Origin: Nitrosopumilus sp.
GTDB lineage: Archaea > Thermoproteota > Nitrososphaeria > Nitrososphaerales > Nitrosopumilaceae
Direction: 5' to 3'
DNA length: 32,000 nucleotides
NCBI GenBank assembly: GCA_965249555.1
Contig: OZ252243.1
Location: 1,924,961-1,956,960, forward strand
Part shown: positions 27,442 to 32,000 of the stretch, in pieces
Numbering within the stretch: the stretch's first letter is position 1
How the letters are laid out: every line of letters starts with the position of its first letter
Program-made: the position numbers and the translations under genes
Notes under the pieces: model-generated
Database searches by the model: none
The model's input: only the letters and a program-made list of their open reading frames with translations
What the model was told of the DNA's origin: nothing

Positions 27442-30024
27442 GTGAATATTATGGAGATAGAATTTTTATCAAATCTTGACTTTCAATTAAATGCCATAAA
27501 GTCAACCGTATCCATTTTTGAATCTCAGAAATTTAAAAGGGACACTTCTCTCCTGATGGGGGAAATAATTTCAAATAATCTGAATCTAACAACACCACAA
27601 ATACTAGATAATATAAAAAAAATCCAAGAAAGAAATAATATTGATCTAGTTAAAGAATTAAAAGGAATGAATTTTTCAATAGAGATGGAAACTGGGACAG
27701 GCAAAACATATGTTTATCTTAAAACAGTATTTGAATTGTATCAAAATTACGGGTTCAAAAAGTTTCTAGTAATTGTACCCTCTGTTGCAATACGAGAGGG
27801 GGTGATCAAAACTCTACAAATGACACAAAAACACTTTAGAGATATTTATGATAAAATCCCTTATGATTATTACGAATATGATTCAAAGAAAATCAATCAA
27901 ATCAGGCAATTTGTAAGATCTAATGATATTCAAATTATGATCATGACGATTGACTCTTTTAATAAAGATAATAACATAATGAATCAAGCACAGGACAAAC
28001 TAAATGGTGAAAAACCAATACACGTGATAAGCAAAACAAACCCAATAATGATATTGGACGAGCCACAAAACATGGAAAGCGACAAAACCAAAGATGCGAT
28101 ATCTAACATGAAACCGTTATTCACATTAAGGTATTCTGCAACTCATAAAGATGTTTACAATCTTGTATACCGTCTCAGCCCAGTTAATGCGTATAACATG
28201 AATCTTGTGAAAAAGATCGAAGTTATGTCAGTAATTAAAAACAACAAATTTAACCACTTACTTATCAAATGTGAAAAAATTATAGCTGAAAAGAAAGGAA
28301 TCAGGGCAAAACTATCGCTTAATAAAAAAACTGAAACGAATTACAAAGAAAAATTATTTGTGATTAAAATTGAAGACGATTTGGAACAAAAAACCAACAA
28401 TCCTGAATATAGTGGATTCATAGTATCTGAAATTGATGCAAAACGTAATTTTATCAGATTTACAAATGGAATCAAAATAAAGCTTGGTGAGGGGGAGGGC
28501 ACAGACAGAGAAGAAATAATGAAAAACCAAATTAGGCAGACAGTAGAAGAGCACTTTGAAAAGGCCGTGAGATTGAAGAAAAAGGGAATAAAGCCACTAT
28601 CATTGTTTTTTATAGATAAGGTGGACAACTATGTCCCAAAAGATGGGTTCATAAAAAAAACATTTGAGAATTCATTTGATAAATTAAAAAAGAATTATCC
28701 ACAATTTAAAAATTTGAAGGCAAAGGATGTTCACAAGGGATATTTTTCTAAACGAAAATCAGATAGTGGAATGGAGAATGATAAAGAGGTATTTAATTTA
28801 ATAATGAAGGATAAAGAAAAATTAATCTCTTTTGAGGAGCCAGTTCAGTTTATCTTTTCACACTCAGCACTAAGAGAAGGGTGGGATAATCCAAACGTGT
28901 TTAACATCTGTACACTAAATCAGACGAAATCTGTAATCAAAAAAAGACAGGAAATAGGGAGGGGGATGAGACTGCCAATAAACCAAGAGGGGGTAAGAGT
29001 CCATGGAGACCAGAATATTTTGTCTGTAATCGCAAATGAACACTATGCAAATTATGCGAAAACACTTCAATTGGAATATGAGGAAGAATATGGGTATGGA
29101 AATTCCCCTGGAATTCTTGATAGTTCAGAAAGAAAAACACTGAAATTAAAAAAGGGTTTTGAGTTAAATCCTGAATTTCAGAAACTTTGGAAAAAAGTAT
29201 CAAAAAAGACAAAATATGCGGTATCTATTGACACTAAACATCTGATAAAGTCATGTGTGGAAAGGATAGACTCGTCTGTTACCGTGTCCCCAATCAATAT
29301 CGATATTATAACTGCAACGCTGTCGGTAGTAGGAGATGATTCAGAGGTAAAAGTGGACACGGATATTGTTGGAATGGGTGGTGATAAGTTTGAAACACAG
29401 TTTTCAATTCCCAATATTATTGAACATTTAGCCAACGATACAAAATTAACACGTAATACCATATTATACATATTAACAAAAACCAGTAAACTTAATCAGA
29501 TTTTTTTGAATCCACAATTTTTCATATCCAGAATATCAGATATTATAAAAGATGAATTGAAAAATTTTCTGGTAAATGGTGTAAAGTATCAAGAAATAGA
29601 AGAATGGTATAAGATGGAATTGTTTGAAGATATTATAACCCATAAAGAGGTTGTTTCTGTAAAACACTCCATATATGAGAAACTGATTCGTGAATCTGAT
29701 GTTGAGGAAGGGTTTGCCGTAAGCCTCGACAAACAACCCAATGTCAGATTATTTACAAAATTACCAGATTGGTTCAAAGTGCAAACTCCAATTGGTGGTT
29801 ATAATCCTGACTGGGCTATTATGTTAAATGATATGGATGAACATAAGAGATTACGTGAAAAACTATACCTTGTGTCTGAAACAAAGGGAGCCATTAGCCC
29901 CAGAAGCCGTTCAATTGATGAGAATGACAAGATCAGGTGTGCCAGGAAGCATTTTGCGGAAATTGACACAAAGTATGATGTAGTAACAAGCATCGATGAC
30001 TTTCTAAAAAACCTCAAAAATTAA
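27442..30024 (+). CDS. res: Type III restriction enzyme Res subunit (SF2 helicase plus C-terminal PD-(D/E)xK nuclease)
   Basis: Motif I METGTGKTYVY, motif II IMILDEPQN, HSALREGWDNPNVF. Nuclease motif YNPDWAIML...LYLVSETKG. Starts 1 nt after the mod stop, at GTG 27442 or ATG 27451. Confidence 0.92.
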   Translation: MNIMEIEFLSNLDFQLNAIKSTVSIFESQKFKRDTSLLMGEIISNNLNLTTPQILDNIKKIQERNNIDLVKELKGMNFSIEMETGTGKTYVYLKTVFELYQNYGFKKFLVIVPSVAIREGVIKTLQMTQKHFRDIYDKIPYDYYEYDSKKINQIRQFVRSNDIQIMIMTIDSFNKDNNIMNQAQDKLNGEKPIHVISKTNPIMILDEPQNMESDKTKDAISNMKPLFTLRYSATHKDVYNLVYRLSPVNAYNMNLVKKIEVMSVIKNNKFNHLLIKCEKIIAEKKGIRAKLSLNKKTETNYKEKLFVIKIEDDLEQKTNNPEYSGFIVSEIDAKRNFIRFTNGIKIKLGEGEGTDREEIMKNQIRQTVEEHFEKAVRLKKKGIKPLSLFFIDKVDNYVPKDGFIKKTFENSFDKLKKNYPQFKNLKAKDVHKGYFSKRKSDSGMENDKEVFNLIMKDKEKLISFEEPVQFIFSHSALREGWDNPNVFNICTLNQTKSVIKKRQEIGRGMRLPINQEGVRVHGDQNILSVIANEHYANYAKTLQLEYEEEYGYGNSPGILDSSERKTLKLKKGFELNPEFQKLWKKVSKKTKYAVSIDTKHLIKSCVERIDSSVTVSPINIDIITATLSVVGDDSEVKVDTDIVGMGGDKFETQFSIPNIIEHLANDTKLTRNTILYILTKTSKLNQIFLNPQFFISRISDIIKDELKNFLVNGVKYQEIEEWYKMELFEDIITHKEVVSVKHSIYEKLIRESDVEEGFAVSLDKQPNVRLFTKLPDWFKVQTPIGGYNPDWAIMLNDMDEHKRLREKLYLVSETKGAISPRSRSIDENDKIRCARKHFAEIDTKYDVVTSIDDFLKNLKN

Positions 30025-30274
30025 ATCTGATGTTAAATAAATAATTTATTCTGCTTCCTAAGATGGTATAATTTCTTTAAAAAATATTTCATAAATTCAT
30101 ATTACATTCATTGGTAAGTGATATACAAAACAACAACTTAACAGTAAAAACCTCTAATTAGGTCAGTCCTGTTGAATCCTCTCTACTCAATCCTGAGAAG
30201 ATCATGATTTCATGTCTACCCTATAACCCAACAGTGCCCACATGGCAAAATACCTTTAAAACCGACAGGTATTA

Positions 30275-30325
30275 ATTCCATCCCTCGAATGGAACACCCA
30301 CTGATTCCATCCCTCGAATGGAACA
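30275..30325. repeat. Two direct copies (29-bp period) of the 22-nt unit ATTCCATCCCTCGAATGGAACA, each with the palindrome TTCCAT-n7-ATGGAA
   Basis: Copies at 30275-30296 and 30304-30325. A third degenerate half-site CTCGAAGATGGAACA lies at about 30357-30371. Confidence 0.85.
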
Positions 30326-30799
30326 TTTTGTTGAAATCATGGAAATTTGGGAAATCACTCGAAGATGGAACAGTGTAAAGATCCTCACCTAACACCCACA
30401 GATGCAACAGAACCAATAAGGAAATAGATATAATTAACTTGGAAGGGGTTGATTCGAATAGTGAAGTCAAATTGTTCTGAAACTGTTTCAATTTCTTGGC
30501 ATGGATAAAAATATCCAATTGTCTTCAATAGTCTTTTTTACAAATCCCCATGCTTGGTCATGACAGGTTTTTATGATGGTATTATGTAATTAAATTAATG
30601 GATGAACCAAAATTGAAGACAAGCACATTTGGAGATAATTTTGTTGTTACTGAAAATGAATCCATTGCAATTTTAAAAAAAATAACCAGTAAATATAGTT
30701 AATTTTTGTATCACTGTTGTAGAAATAATGGCTTTTCAGATATAGTTGTGATAAAAACAATGCAAAAAACTAAATCTGCAACATTTTGAACTAAAAGAA

Positions 30800-31669
30800 A
30801 TGAAATTAGCAGTATTTTCTCATTGTGCAATTGATACTATTACCATTGATAATTATAATTATGAACAAATTGGTGGTTCTGCCTGTTATTGTGGAATTAC
30901 TGCAAGACAGTTCAAATTTGATGTAGATTTGTTCACTAAATTTGGACCTGATTTTCCAAAACAATATCTTACTGAAAACAAAATCAATTTCATAAATTCT
31001 GAATCAGAAAAAAACACTACCAAATTTGCTATTTCTATTAACGGCTCAGATAGAACTCTTAAACTTGAAAATGAATGTGATGCAATTGATTACTCTAGTG
31101 TTAATGCTGATGGACATATAGTTAGTCCTATTTATCACGAAATTTCTTATGATACTTTAAAACAAATCAAAAATGATTCTAATTTCCTCTTTCTTGATCC
31201 TCATGGTTTTATGAGGAAAAAAGATTCTCAAAATAATATTGTTTTAGAAAATATCAATCTTGATTTATCAAATGTTAATGCAATAAAGGTTAATCCTGAA
31301 GAAGCTCAACATATTGTTAATGGCACCAATGATGAAATCATGTTGGCATTACAGAAAAAAGGAGTTGAATACGTATTGCTTACAAATAAAACTGACGTGT
31401 CTCTTTTGGTAAAAGATAAAATCTATTCCATTACTCTTCCAAATAAACAAATTCATGATACCACTGGAATTGGTGATATTTTTTGCTCAGCATTTTGTTG
31501 TACTATGCTTAAAGAAAAGGACTTTTTATGGGCATTATGCTTTGCTGGCGGTGCTGCTCAAGCTGCACTTGAATCAAAGAATGTAGGCTTGCAAAAGATT
31601 CCAAGAAAGGGAACCATTCAGACAAATGCCTCTTATTTTTACAATTTGTTAAAATTCAGAGATTTGTAG
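30800..31669 (+). CDS. PfkB-family carbohydrate/nucleoside kinase
   Basis: N-terminal GG region IGGSACYCG and the C-terminal PfkB signature DTTGIGDIFCSAF. Confidence 0.8.
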   Translation: MKLAVFSHCAIDTITIDNYNYEQIGGSACYCGITARQFKFDVDLFTKFGPDFPKQYLTENKINFINSESEKNTTKFAISINGSDRTLKLENECDAIDYSSVNADGHIVSPIYHEISYDTLKQIKNDSNFLFLDPHGFMRKKDSQNNIVLENINLDLSNVNAIKVNPEEAQHIVNGTNDEIMLALQKKGVEYVLLTNKTDVSLLVKDKIYSITLPNKQIHDTTGIGDIFCSAFCCTMLKEKDFLWALCFAGGAAQAALESKNVGLQKIPRKGTIQTNASYFYNLLKFRDL

Positions 31670-31709
31670 TGCGTTATTTTTTTATTATACTAAATAGTTT
31701 ATCATTTCT

Positions 31710-32000
31710 GTGCAAATAGGAATTTATGGTTCTGAAACTACAGATACTGCAGCAAAGACAATTAAAAAAATTCTAGAGGAATCTGGAATCAAATCTTTCC
31801 AAATAACAAAATCAAAGGGTAAACAAGCTGATTGCGTTATTGTTTTGGGAGGAGATAAGGGAGTTAGAAATTATTTTCATAGAACTTTTGATACTGTTTC
31901 TCCTGTGTTGGGAATTAGTGAAGGTGAGGCAAGTGGGTTTCTGGCTCAAATTGATCTTAGGGAATTCTCATCTTATGTCAATGTCTTAAAAAAACAGAAA
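31710..32000 (+). CDS. nadK: NAD kinase, 5' partial (runs off the right edge)
   Basis: GTG start. VQIGIYGSETT...ADCVIVLGGDKGVRNYF resembles the NAD kinase GGDG region. No stop in the window. Confidence 0.55.
   Translation, partial: MQIGIYGSETTDTAAKTIKKILEESGIKSFQITKSKGKQADCVIVLGGDKGVRNYFHRTFDTVSPVLGISEGEASGFLAQIDLREFSSYVNVLKKQK

Noticed and set aside
26340-29777. Minus-strand track ORFs inside mod and res (26340..26645, 26372..26872, 27247..27435, 28341..28628, 28937..29212, 29178..29471 and others).
   Set aside because: These are shadow ORFs opposite well-supported Type III genes.
30216-30518. 100-aa track ORF.
   Set aside because: Part of its sequence is simply the translation of the 22-nt palindromic repeats, and it has no start context or recognisable features. 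I treat the region as non-coding.
22100-30600. tRNA gene or integrase marking island 2 (and likewise island 1) as an integrative element.
   Set aside because: I found no cloverleaf-capable GC-rich ~75-nt segment and no tyrosine or serine recombinase-like ORF at or near either island border.
1-32000. CRISPR array.
   Set aside because: The only tandem repeats (13-bp array at 13452-13510, 42-bp array at 22913-23067, 29-bp-period pair at 30275-30325) have no unique spacers of CRISPR size. No cas genes are present.

Overview
AT-rich archaeal window. The gene content (archaeal-type ThrRS with an N-terminal editing domain, eS26, deoxyhypusine synthase) suggests a Nitrosopumilus-like thaumarchaeon, but this is unverified. 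Three conserved core blocks are present: dys at 1-1084; thrS, speB, a CDP-alcohol phosphatidyltransferase and rps26e at 18.3-22.1 kb; and a PfkB kinase plus NAD kinase at 30.8-32.0 kb. Two accessory islands full of IS debris interrupt them. Island 1 (~1.6-18.1 kb) carries a translationally coupled two-gene operon. It encodes a 1355-aa gamma-class N6-adenine methyltransferase and a 1102-aa PLD-nuclease::SNF2-helicase fusion. These are DISARM class-1-like parts without drmA/drmB, or a split Type ISP-like enzyme. A 13-bp x4.5 tandem repeat sits directly upstream, and perfect 16-bp inverted termini of a dispersed IS-end repeat family enclose the operon. Island 2 (~22.1-30.6 kb) carries a Type III mod-res pair whose mod gene is split by a G13 homopolymer, a phase-variation-type switch. 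It also holds three uncharacterised genes, one with perfect 42-bp in-frame repeats. Several ORF remnants are interrupted by single in-frame stop codons. I found no rRNA, tRNA or CRISPR array.
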